In this document: positions 1 to 10,157 of the stretch, piece by piece
Numbering within the stretch: position 1 is the first letter of the stretch
Layout: each line of letters opens with the position of its first letter
DNA from: Xylographa opegraphella
Lineage: Eukaryota
Direction: 5' to 3'
Length of the DNA: 64,000 nucleotides
NCBI GenBank assembly: GCA_022813865.1
Contig: JALDZX010000002.1
Location: forward strand, 1-64,000
Notes under the pieces: generated by a model
The model's input: the letters and a program-made list of their open reading frames with translations, nothing else
Told to the model about the DNA's origin: nothing
Database searches by the model: none
Made by a program: the position numbers and the translations under genes

Positions 1-370
1 GCGCGTAGTAAGGGCCGCTTGGTGTATACCTATTTATCCTCACCGTAGAGGACGCGTAGTAGGTGGCCGTGGTGCTTATTGGTGTCGAGTCTCGTAGTAA
101 GCTGCCGAGCACCAAACTATTCCGTGCGACTGATTATTCTTAATCGTTGCGCGAACCCGGGCTCATAACCAGTTGAAATGAATGGGTGGAATCAGTATGG
201 TGGAACCAGTGCTTCATTGAACTATCTGTCAAGATGCGTAAGAAGGTTGCTTTCTTCTTAAGGAAGAAAGCTCTCTTATATACGGCTACGCTAGTCTAGA
301 AGCAGGTTAGCGTCTATGTTGCCTGCAGGCAACATAGAGGGCATTCTGCCAGGCAACGCTATTTCCAACA
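1..370 (-). mobile_element. 5' end of a Ty1/copia LTR retrotransposon: 200-bp LTR (370..171), PBS (170..159), 5' leader running off the window
   Basis: The minus strand starts TGTTGGAAATAG at 370 and ends ...TTCAACT at 171. It is followed directly by GGTTATGAGCCC, a copia-type PBS (half tRNA-iMet priming). TATATAAG lies inside the LTR. The surroundings are rich in TpA/AT, consistent with RIP. Confidence 0.8.
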
Positions 371-495
371 GGGACTATAAAAAATTAAAAATTAAAAATT
401 CTTTAATCGGATTTTAATCCAATTTTGATAATTTAATAGTATAAATTATAAACCTATTTGCTATTTAATTCTGCCAGGCAACGCTATTTCCAACA
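343..495. repeat. 28-bp perfect direct repeat (343-370 and 468-495) flanking a 97-bp AT-rich spacer
   Basis: ATTCTGCCAGGCAACGCTATTTCCAACA occurs twice. It equals the outer end of the LTR. Confidence 0.95.
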
Positions 496-1002
496 ATATA
501 TATATTACGTTTTATATATTTACGCCCAAAAATCTTATAACGCGCCCCGCAGCGGCTCGTATTTACGGCAAAATTGGGTAGGAACATAAGTCGAGCCGCG
601 GTTTATATAACGTTACGCAAGAAAAAAATTGTGACTTGAATCATCAACAAGTTTTGACGTCGTTGGCTATAATCGCATGATCGAGGTTATGAGAATGCGA
701 AGATCTTGCGATCGGCCGAGGCTTGAAAGTGCTCTCACGCTAAAATGACCACGTTTAACCACATATACACCAACGGAATACCTAAATAATTCAAATAGTC
801 ACCTCTCCCTGTATGTATCAAGAGCATCCTCGTTAGACACATATACGGTAGCGTCCGCACCAGTGTTTCGCCCTCCTTGAAGACTGCACTGGGATCCTAA
901 AAGGCACTTGCCATCGCCTGGGACGAATACACCCCGGACACCTCACTTCTTCGTTTTTTCGTCTCGACCACGCTTTCCATAGTATTCATTCCTGTTACAG
1001 AT

Positions 1003-1266
1003 TTAGTTTTTGCTGCTCCCATACTTCAAGAGTGCGGTGGCGGACATCTTCTTTCCCCTGTCAGCCTCCGTCGCGGTGCCTTCCAGCCGATCCAGAGCTT
1101 CCTCAATCAGCCCGATATGTCCCCTCAGGGTACCTTCCAATTCGTCCATGCGGGCCTCGTGCTCTTCAAGGTTGTAAATATGATGGGCGCGTAGGAGGTA
1201 CGTCGAGCCGGCTATTGCGGAAAGGTTTATGCCCAGCATGAGCAGTGGGTTGCGGAGGAGTGACAT
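1003..1266 (-). CDS. Small 87-aa protein with an N-terminal hydrophobic segment and a predicted coiled coil; function unknown
   Basis: ATG-started single-exon ORF (MSLLRNPLLMLGINLSAIAGSTYLL...LEEHEARMDELEGTL...IEEALDRLE), divergent from pol eta. Confidence 0.55.
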   Translation of the reverse strand: MSLLRNPLLMLGINLSAIAGSTYLLRAHHIYNLEEHEARMDELEGTLRGHIGLIEEALDRLEGTATEADRGKKMSATALLKYGSSKN

Positions 1267-1491
1267 GATTGCTTTTTAGATACGGTTTTGCGACTTGAAA
1301 ATTATACGCATTGTGTAGTGAGGAATTTAGCACATCGCGGAGGTCCTCCATGCCCGGTGCACCAGAGCAGCTCCACTCCACATATTCGATGATGATGACA
1401 TTGATATTGACCTGTGCCCTAATTCAGGGCTTAGCGTACAGTTCAATATCAGCTAGTCTGTATCCGGTAGTGTCTAAGTGCTGCAAGTTAT

Positions 1492-1512
1492 TCGCGTGAA
1501 CGCGAGCGCGTC
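1492..1512. promoter_or_regulatory. Cluster of three CGCG cores (MCB-like elements) upstream of pol eta
   Basis: TCGCGTGAACGCGAGCGCGTC, about 120 bp before the ATG at 1632. Confidence 0.45.
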
Positions 1513-1631
1513 GTTTGCCATATCACGACAAGAAACACCAAAAGCCCATGGCAGATGAACGAGGGCTCGCAGGACTCACCACCACGGTCAGCTGAGATGC
1601 GGCCATTTCCCTCACCAACTCCCAGAAGGTT

Positions 1632-3715
1632 ATGTCTTCATCTCAACCCTTCCTACCCTCCTCACCCCTGTCGCAGCTCTACTCTGGCGGCGGCTTGCGT
1701 AAATCCCGATTCACCTACAAACACCTTTCTCAGCTTGGCCTCTCTTCTACAACATGCCCGCTGCGAGTCATCGCTCACGTCGACCTCGATGCCTTCTACG
1801 CACAATGCGAGATGGTCCGGCTGAACGTGCCCGAAGACCAGCCTCTCGCTGTGCAGGTGCGCGGCAGCTTTTCCTCGGAAAAAGTTAACTTTAGCTGATA
1901 AGTATACAGCAATGGCAAGGCCTAATCGCAATCAATTATCCAGCGCGGAAATTTGGTATGAATAGGCACATCACCATCACTGAAGCGAAGAAGCTATGCC
2001 CGAACTTGATCATGCAGCACGTCGCCACGTGGAAGGAGGGCGATGAGAAATGGGCATATCATAAAGATGCTTTCGCCCATATAGCTACCCATAAGGTCTC
2101 GCTGGATCCGTACCGCTTGGAATCGCGAAGAATACTTGCGTGCATCAAGGAGACGCTGCCGGCGGCGCTACAGAAGGTGGAGAAGGCCAGCATTGATGAG
2201 GTGTTCTTGGACCTCTCCGCACAGGTACATTCAATACTACTAGAACAGTATCCGGAGCTCAGCGGACCCCCGCCCTACGATGACCCTACCGAAAACTTAC
2301 CTCGACCACCCACCACTGCCCTGGACTGGAACACGGACGCATTGGTAGATCTCGATAAAACAGAGACCGAGGACGATGATCCTGATTGGGACGACATCGC
2401 GATACAGATCGGCTCAGGAATCGTGCGAAGAGTTCGTGCTGCCATCCGCGAACGTCTGAAGTACACTTGCTCTGCAGGGATCGCGCACAACAAGATGATT
2501 GCCAAGCTCGGCTCCGCGCACAAGAAACCGAATCAACAGACAATCGTCCGGAATCGAGCCATACAGCAGTTCCTTGGCGGGTTCAAGTTTACCAAAATTC
2601 GAAACCTGGGCGGCAAGCTGGGCGACCAGGTAGTCGCGACGTTTGGGACAGACCAGGTCACGGAGCTGCTGCAAGTGCCTATTGAGCAGCTGAAGTTCAA
2701 GCTTGGCGACGATACCGGGTCGTGGGTGTATCAAATCATCCGCGGCGAAGAGTACAGCGAGGTCAATTCGCGGACACAGATTAAATCCATGCTGTCGGCC
2801 AAGTCCTTCCGTCCCAGCATCAACACCTTCGAGCAAGCAGTGCGGTGGCTGCGAATCTTCGCCGCCGACATCTTCTCCCGTCTGGTGGAAGAAGGCGTGC
2901 TGGAGAACAAACGCAGACCCAAGACCATGAACCTTCATCACCGCCAAGGCGGACAGATGCGCTCGCGGCAAGCTCCAATCCCTTCGGGGCGGTTCATCGA
3001 CGAAGCGCTTCTCTTTGAGATTTCCAAGACCCTTCTCGGGCAAGTCATCGTCGACGGTCGAGCGTGGCCGTGCGCCAACCTCTCGCTGAGCGTGGGCGGT
3101 TTCGAGGACGGCCCCACAGGCAATCGAGGCATCGGCGGGTTCCTGGTCAAGGGCGAAGAAGCCAAAGCCATGAGACCGACGTCTCGAGACGTCGAACCCC
3201 CCAACGCCCTCCTGGAAAGCGGAAGAGCGGGGAAGAGGCGCAAAGTGGACGAGGCGGGCATCCAGAAGTTCTTCGCCAAACGAGACAGCAGCAGAGGGGA
3301 GCACGATGACGACGACTTCGGCGCCGACCCAGACGCCTCGGCACTCCCTCACCGCTCATCTCCCGTGCCTGACCTCGAAAATCAGGAACGGCAGGGAATC
3401 CACTCCGAAGCCGCCGACCAGCTCGACCTCCCCACAGCTCCCGAAACCCGGGAGCCCGCCCCCGCCACCTACCGCTGCCCGAAATGCAACACCCCCCTCC
3501 CCCCCGCTCTCCAAGCCGAGCACGCCGACTGGCACTTCGCCAAGGACCTCCAAGCCGTCGAACCCCCGCCGGCTACGGGACGCACCGGCGCCAAACCCCC
3601 TCATGGCAAGAACGCCGCTGCCGTCGTGGCGAAACGGGGCCCGAAGAAGCCTGGCGGCGCGGGCGAAGGGAAGCCCGTGGAGAATGGACAGCGGAGGCTG
3701 GTGTTTGGGCGGTGA
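1632..3715 (+). CDS. RAD30: Y-family DNA polymerase eta; exons 1632-1856 and 1910-3715
   Basis: Motifs VIAHVDLDAFYAQCE, AVQ|QWQGLIAINYPAR, EKASIDEVFLD and SAGIAHNKMIAKL. C-terminal UBZ (CPKC...HADWHF) and PIP-like QRRLVF. The 53-bp GT-AG intron restores the frame. Confidence 0.95.
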
Positions 3716-4403
3716 AGGGGGCGCGTGCTTGCTTTTGTGGAGTGGAGTGGTGGGTGGGTGGGTGGGTGTTGGGGAGGGGGGTGTTGGGGTCTGTATCGGT
3801 AGGGGGGTGAGGACGGGGGCTGTGCTTCTAGCATTGGATATAGCGGCATTAGTAGGAACGGGAATGGGATAGAGTCTCGAGCCATGGGCATGGATTCCCA
3901 TCGGCTCGGTAGAAATGAAAGATACTTAAAACCGGCGACTGGTATCCACTTCCAACCCCTGATAAGCCATGCAACTTGGCCGTGCGGCCGAACGGGCGGG
4001 GGCTCCGTTGATGAAGAGCTCTGCTTGCTTTTCTGTGGGCGGACGAAGAAGCAGCAGCAGCCGAACGTCGGCGTGGAAGTTTAGTGCCGAGCCCATATGG
4101 ACCTTATGCTAGGTACCTTAGGTATGTTGCACGAGCCTGGCGGTCAGTACTGTCCGCCTTATTCCCAAGGTTCATCGCAAATCATCCACAAAGGGAAAAG
4201 CAAGCCGATAGAGGGCTCGAGCGCAGCCAGGCACAATCTTCGTTCTATCTGTTCTAGCTACGATTACAACATCTATCCTGGCTACTAGTACAACATCCAA
4301 GATGCAACACCCGCTATCCAATCTGCCTCCCCCATCACCCCACCATTACCAGCCCACCACATCCCCCGCTACAAAAAACCACACCAGCACACCACCCGCG
4401 CCC

Positions 4404-6361
4404 TCAGTAGTGCTCACTCGCACCAGCAGTGGAATTCAGCAACGACGTCGGCACCAGCGCGCCCGGCGGCGCGTAGCCCCCGGCAATCGTAGCAGCGGCC
4501 TCGAAGTCGACCCAAAAGTCGCAGTTGGAACGGGGGTTTTGATCATCAGCGACGAGGGCGAAGCCGGTATCGCTTACGTCGAGAACGTTGGCGAGGTAAT
4601 CCGCGGTTCCGATGTCGACGAGGGGCCAGGCAGCGGTGGTGAGGACGGCGCGGTGGGTGTTGGGGTCGCCGGCGCGGGCGAAGGAGGTGAGGTAGCTCTG
4701 GTAGGCGGAGGCGAGGACGGTGAAGAGCGGCAGGAGCTGGGTGACGACGAGGCCGAGGTTGTTGAAGGCGAGGTCGGGCGACCAGAATATGGGGAGGAGG
4801 TCGGTGGCGTGCCAGCCTGGGGTGACGGAGTATTGCATGTTGTAGAACTTGCCCGCGTACGCGGTCGCGATGTAGCGCGCGTTGCACGTGAAGGAGCTGT
4901 CCCGAATGAAGTCCCGGACGCGGGCGCTCTCGCTGCTGTAGTTGCCCGCTCCGCTGCTGATGCCGGGGTAGAAGTTCTCGATGGCGGCAGTGAGGCCGTC
5001 GGTCTGAAGGTACTGTGCAGATATAATTAGCTGGTAGCTTCAGTAGAGACGAGTAAAAGTTTCTTACAGCGGGGAAGATGTCGTTGATCCACTCGGTGAA
5101 TTCGGCATCGGTGGCGATATGGCCATCGACGAAGATGGTCGCCTCGTCCGCGACGTGCGACACGAGGACGGCATCGAGATCTTTGTAGTAGTTCCCGGAA
5201 GCGAATTCCAGAGCTGGCAGCTGGCGGATGAAGGAGCCGTCTGCTGAAGGACTGACGATGAAACTACCGTCACCAGCGTTTGCATTAAGCGCAGTGTTTG
5301 CTGTGATCAAAGTCTCGGAACTTGCTGCTCGTAGACACGCAACCCCTTGGCCGATACACCCGGCCAGCGTCTCGAACTGCGAGTACGCATCTTGCAACCC
5401 TTCACGACGAGCCCATATCGCCTGGAATGCGGGACTCTGCGTGATCGCACAATTGAAAAGCGGCTTCAAGGTTCCGCCTTCTGCGACCAGATGATGCAAG
5501 ATAGAGCCGGCTCCTGCTGACTCCCCCATGACTGTAACCTGTGTTGGGTCGCCACCAATCAAAGCGATATTATCGTGGGTCCACTGCAAGGCAGCCCGCT
5601 GATCCCAAAGTCCTGCGTTGGGAAGACCCTGCTTTTCCATTGTAATCCCTGCCAAAAACCCGAACGCACCGAGTCTATAATTGGAACTGACGAAGATCAC
5701 ATTGTTACCAGACTGCGTGATCATCCCTGAGCCGTCATAGAAGGGGAGTTCGGGCTCGAGCATGTCTTTGCTGCCAAAGACATAGCCACCACCAAAGATC
5801 CAGTGTATAACTGGGAGCCTAGTTGTTGAAGGTGACCGGACTGCTGCACCAGGAACATACACGTCCAGAAACAGACAATCTTCCGATCCGCCCGTCATCA
5901 AAGGCGCTATAATCTGGTCCACTATCGCCTCAACTGCGGTCTCGAGAGGTGAGTCTAAGCCATTGCCAAGAACATTTAACCCTTTAATCGCAGCTTGTGG
6001 ACATTTCGATCCATAGCTTCCGTCCTGAAGTGTTGAATTCTTCGGTGCAGGGGCTGGCTTCGCCCAGCGAAGCTCACCTACAGGAGGCGCCGCAAAGCGA
6101 ATATTGCTCCACTTGTAGATCTGCGACGACAATTAATGTTCCGCTCGCATCACATTTCATGATAACAGTGCAGGTTTAACTTACATCGCTCGACGCATCG
6201 TAGCTTGCTGCCTGGTATGCAGCATCAGGTAGAGTTAAGATTGGCAGGGAACCGGAACGCTTCTCAAACTTGACTCCTAATCCAGCGTTTGGCTGGGAGA
6301 TGGGCGCTGCCTGCAAGAGCGATCCAGAGCATCCAAGAAGAAAAAGAAGAGATCCCAACAT
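4404..6361 (-). CDS. Secreted type-B carboxylesterase/lipase, 3 exons
   Basis: Signal peptide and KR site; NIRFAAPPVGELRW, SEDCLFLDVY, NYRLGAFGFL, nucleophile GESAG, and GWHATD. Intron 5067..5013 joins exon 2 to the final 203-codon exon. Confidence 0.92.
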
Positions 6362-7656
6362 ATTGAACTAAAGTGCAACAGGCACGGAAAGAAGAAGGAA
6401 AGAAAGTCCTCCGAAAGCAAGAAAGAACACAGCATAAACACGCGAAATGATTCAATCTTATATGATCATGTTAACAACACTCCCACATTAGCAGACACAA
6501 TTTCGGCAACACATAGCCATCAAGCTTTCCTACAAATTGTTCCTACAGTAATTATCATTCATCAATCAGCCTATCTGGCACCGGTTGGGAAATCCGATGG
6601 CTACCGGAGGTATACCCATAAGGAAGCTAGGGATTTATAGACTGCGTGAAGATGCGGAATGACCAAACGGACAATTGGAAACAGTCCAGTTTCATGCATG
6701 AAATCGACCAATTGGGCCTCATGTGCAGACGACATTAGTCCTGAAGAAAGGGAGCAAGAGCCGCACACAAGAGCATGAACGGATCCTACCTTGGTGGTGG
6801 ATGCTTCTTGCCCCACCGCCGTTTTTCTTCATCACGGCGGAGTCTTGCCCGAGGTCAATACATGTGTAGCGCTTCTAGGCAGGATACGCATCAGAGGGAA
6901 GTGATTTACCAGGAGTTAAACACCTTCGGACGACCAATGCTTGCAATCAGCTCGACGCGATGTGGTGTTGTTTTTGTCATGCTGTGAGGTCTGGCACCTT
7001 GCCCGATTGGGACATGGGCCGAGATGTGCGGAAGCGAGATCGTGGCGCATATAGGTAGGTACGCAGTAATAGATCAGGTTATTAAAGACGACGAACCGGA
7101 AAGGGCGATTGCAAAACTAGATCTAAAGAGAAATATCACCTGCCTATGGACGTCGTCTCGAATATAGGTTTTGGTTGCCTATGGACTACTCCGCACGGTG
7201 ACCGAGAAAGCAAAAAGGGGGTGGATCACGTAGTCTACTCTGTAGCCTCTCCAAACGTACCTAAGTCCCACGGAGTAAAGTCCACTAGATCATCGACATC
7301 TACCACTCCAAAGATAATAAGCCCGTAAGCAATTGGCCCCATACTCTTGCTACCCATCAGCGATCGAAGCTATACATCACAAGGGACGATAGCACTCCGA
7401 ACAAGATGGTGCATTTCTGCCACAACAATCCATCTGCCAAACCGTAAAATGCATATACAAGATCCAAACCTCCAATGGGACCGGTGTCCGCTATGAATAG
7501 CACCTGGTCCAAACCCACAGCAAACGCCGTCCGTGCAATGTACCCATTCGCACAAGACGCCCGCCCGGATGATGCTATACACGAAACGCTGTCCGTAAGA
7601 ATATGTATTCCCCCTCCTTTCCTGCCGTACACCACTCCTCTTCGTATGATTAACCC

Positions 7657-9244
7657 CTAACTCTGCCCCAGCACGCCCAGTTCCCGCGGGCGGTAGTCCC
7701 TGCACTTGACACTCACGACCCTCGTGCCGACGCCGCCCCTCCACCCCCCCTCGCCAAGCACAAGCGCGCTGAGCCTACCGCCCTTGACGCAGCCGGTGTC
7801 GAGGCCCTTGCTCCATCGGTCCAGCACGAGGCCCCGCTTCGAGTCGTGGCCGTACAGGACCGTGCTGCGCTGCCGCTTCGGCAGCATGCCCTGGTACTTG
7901 TTCCACAGCTTAGTCCACGGGACGCCCTCGTTCGCGTCCCGGCTCGGCACATGCGTGCCCAGGTCGATACTGCGCATGCTCATCACGGCCGAGGGATCTT
8001 GGCGCTCGAGCGCCACACCGGGGACCAGGCCCGCGTGCACGACCGATACGTCGCCCATGCTGGGGATGGGCCCGACGCGGAGGATCACCGGGCAGGCGGC
8101 CAAGTAGGCGATTTCGGCTGGGGAGAGAGAAGCCGCAAGGGCGCGGTCGGTGGCGTCACCGTGCGGAAATGCGTTGTTGTCCGCATCGGAGGGCTGGGAA
8201 GGGTTTGGAGTGTAGTGTTTAGATTTGAGGTCGGGGATGGAAGACCTGACGGGTTTTAGGGATCGAGAGTTCAGGTCTCGATGGGCGAGGAGCACGCGGT
8301 CTTCGTGATTACCGCGCACGCAAGAGGCATTAAGTGAGAGGGCGAGGGAGACGACGGCTGAGGAGGAAGGGCCTTTGGAGACAAGGTCGCCAGCGAGGAT
8401 GAGATGGTCGGTGGAGGGGTGGAAGGAGAGTTTCGAGAGGAGATCGGATACTGAACGGGTTGGAGGAGTTAGTATAGATCGAAGAAGTGATCGAGACGAG
8501 GGACTCACGCTCGTCCTTGCAACCGTGGACATCGCCTACGACGATCAGGCGCTTGCTGCCTCGTTCGCCCGTGGGCACGAGACTCGCATCCAGTGTTTCC
8601 AGCTGGACCATATCGGCAAACTTCGGCCGCATGTTGACGCCGAACCAGCCTTTGCCCGCCTGAATCCGCGTGTCCAGCGAGCCCTTCAGCATCAGGTGTT
8701 CGGAGAGTTTGGGGCCGAGCCACCAAGCCCAAGCGATGCAGGAAAGCACCAGCGAGAGGAGAAGGAGGCCGACGACCCGCCGGAGTTTTTTGGCGGACAT
8801 GATCTGTATACAGTCTGGCGGACCATACTCGTCCCCATCGGGCGGAGGAGAATGTCTCTGCCCGTATCGTGGATCGGTCTGCCAGTCGTTGCGGATGTAG
8901 TTGACCAGCGGTCGCTGCGTGAGCGACGAGTTCCTGTAGTATGCATTGGCGCTCATCGTCGAAAAGCCGGTCTCCTTATCAATATGCTCATCTTCCTCTG
9001 CACTCGTCCAGTCGCCGTCGGAGAGGGTGGGTGAGTCGAACCACCTCTTCTCGTCCCCTTCGTCACGGTATTGCTCGAAGGAGGGTTGATGCTGGGAGTG
9101 TAGAGAGGAGGATGTCATCGGATGTTGTTGCAAGCGCCTTTGCTCGCGAAAATATCGTTGAATTTCGTGGAGAGGATAGCCGGCATTGTAGAGTCGCACG
9201 TACTCCTGCATGGGCCGCCGTCGCTGGTCGTCCTCGTCGTCCAT
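7657..9244 (-). CDS. Type II membrane calcineurin-like metallophosphoesterase (Ppn2/ApaH-like); intron 8508..8451
   Basis: One TM segment followed by GDVHGC, GDLVSKG, RGNHE, VHAG, YGHD and GLDTGC. The start is inferred at MDDEDDQ (9244). Confidence 0.88.
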
Positions 9245-10157
9245 TGCCAAGAAGACGGACTGCTTGCCAAGCTGCCGAGCAATGGGGGTGCACGCGAAAG
9301 GCCGGCAGTCATTGGAGCAGAGGACGTGGGCGATGACGAAGCCCAACGGCTTGGCTCTAAGGTAGGCTCAGATGTAAGTAGCGTGAATTTTCAACGTTAT
9401 TCACTGCTGCAGTGATGATGATGGGAATGATGTACATGTCAATGGACACCGAGTCGTGCAGGAGAGTGCAAAGCCCCCTGAAACTCTTTGGAGCATACGG
9501 AGGACTCGCCGTTCCATATGGGTGGTAGGCGTCATGCTTATTGTCGCCGGTCACGTGTCTCAGCTCAGATGCGCAGCGATTATCTAGATTTAGACATCCA
9601 AATGAACGATGCAATGGCCATTTTTACGGTAGAAAGCAATGGATTTCCTAGCTATGACTATCAAAGAGACTGGTCTAGCATTGCAGAACTCTAGGCCTAT
9701 GCAGACTGTCACAGCAGTAGTCGCATTTGAGGGAAGCTCTCTCAACGTGCTCTGTGAGTGCGTCAAATTTCTACAGCTCCACATTTCCTTCCGAGCAAGA
9801 CGTCGCACAGCCATATGTTCTACTCTTCGTGACCAATGCAGCCCGTTCCTTTGCCTGTCGGACCCCCGATCCACAAGGTCCAATCCCCTAACTCCCGCCA
9901 AGTAGGGGTATCTCTAGCGTTAGATTAAGCTATGCGTATGAAGCTATACAGATGAAGGTACGGAGCGCCAGGCTCAGGAATTCAGTCGCAGAAATTCAGT
10001 CGCCAAGGGTGTAGCAGCAGAGGGGCGTAGAGTGAAGTGTATAATGAACATTACCTCCGGGCAAAGCCAATCCGACCGGCAGATGTGCCCGACAATGCGA
10101 CATCGCTCGATTCGACATCGGTGGACACTCCCCAAAGCTCAGCGTCAAGTAAGAAGC

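Noticed and set aside
2414..5030. Long antisense ORFs (2414-3352, 3356-3901, 4302-5030)
   Set aside because: They are shadows of GC3-rich codons in pol eta and the carboxylesterase and have no family motifs.
9979..10003. Short tandem duplication AATTCAGTCGC x2; also a 12-bp coding repeat near 23287-23315
   Set aside because: Ordinary slippage repeats, with no array or spacer structure.
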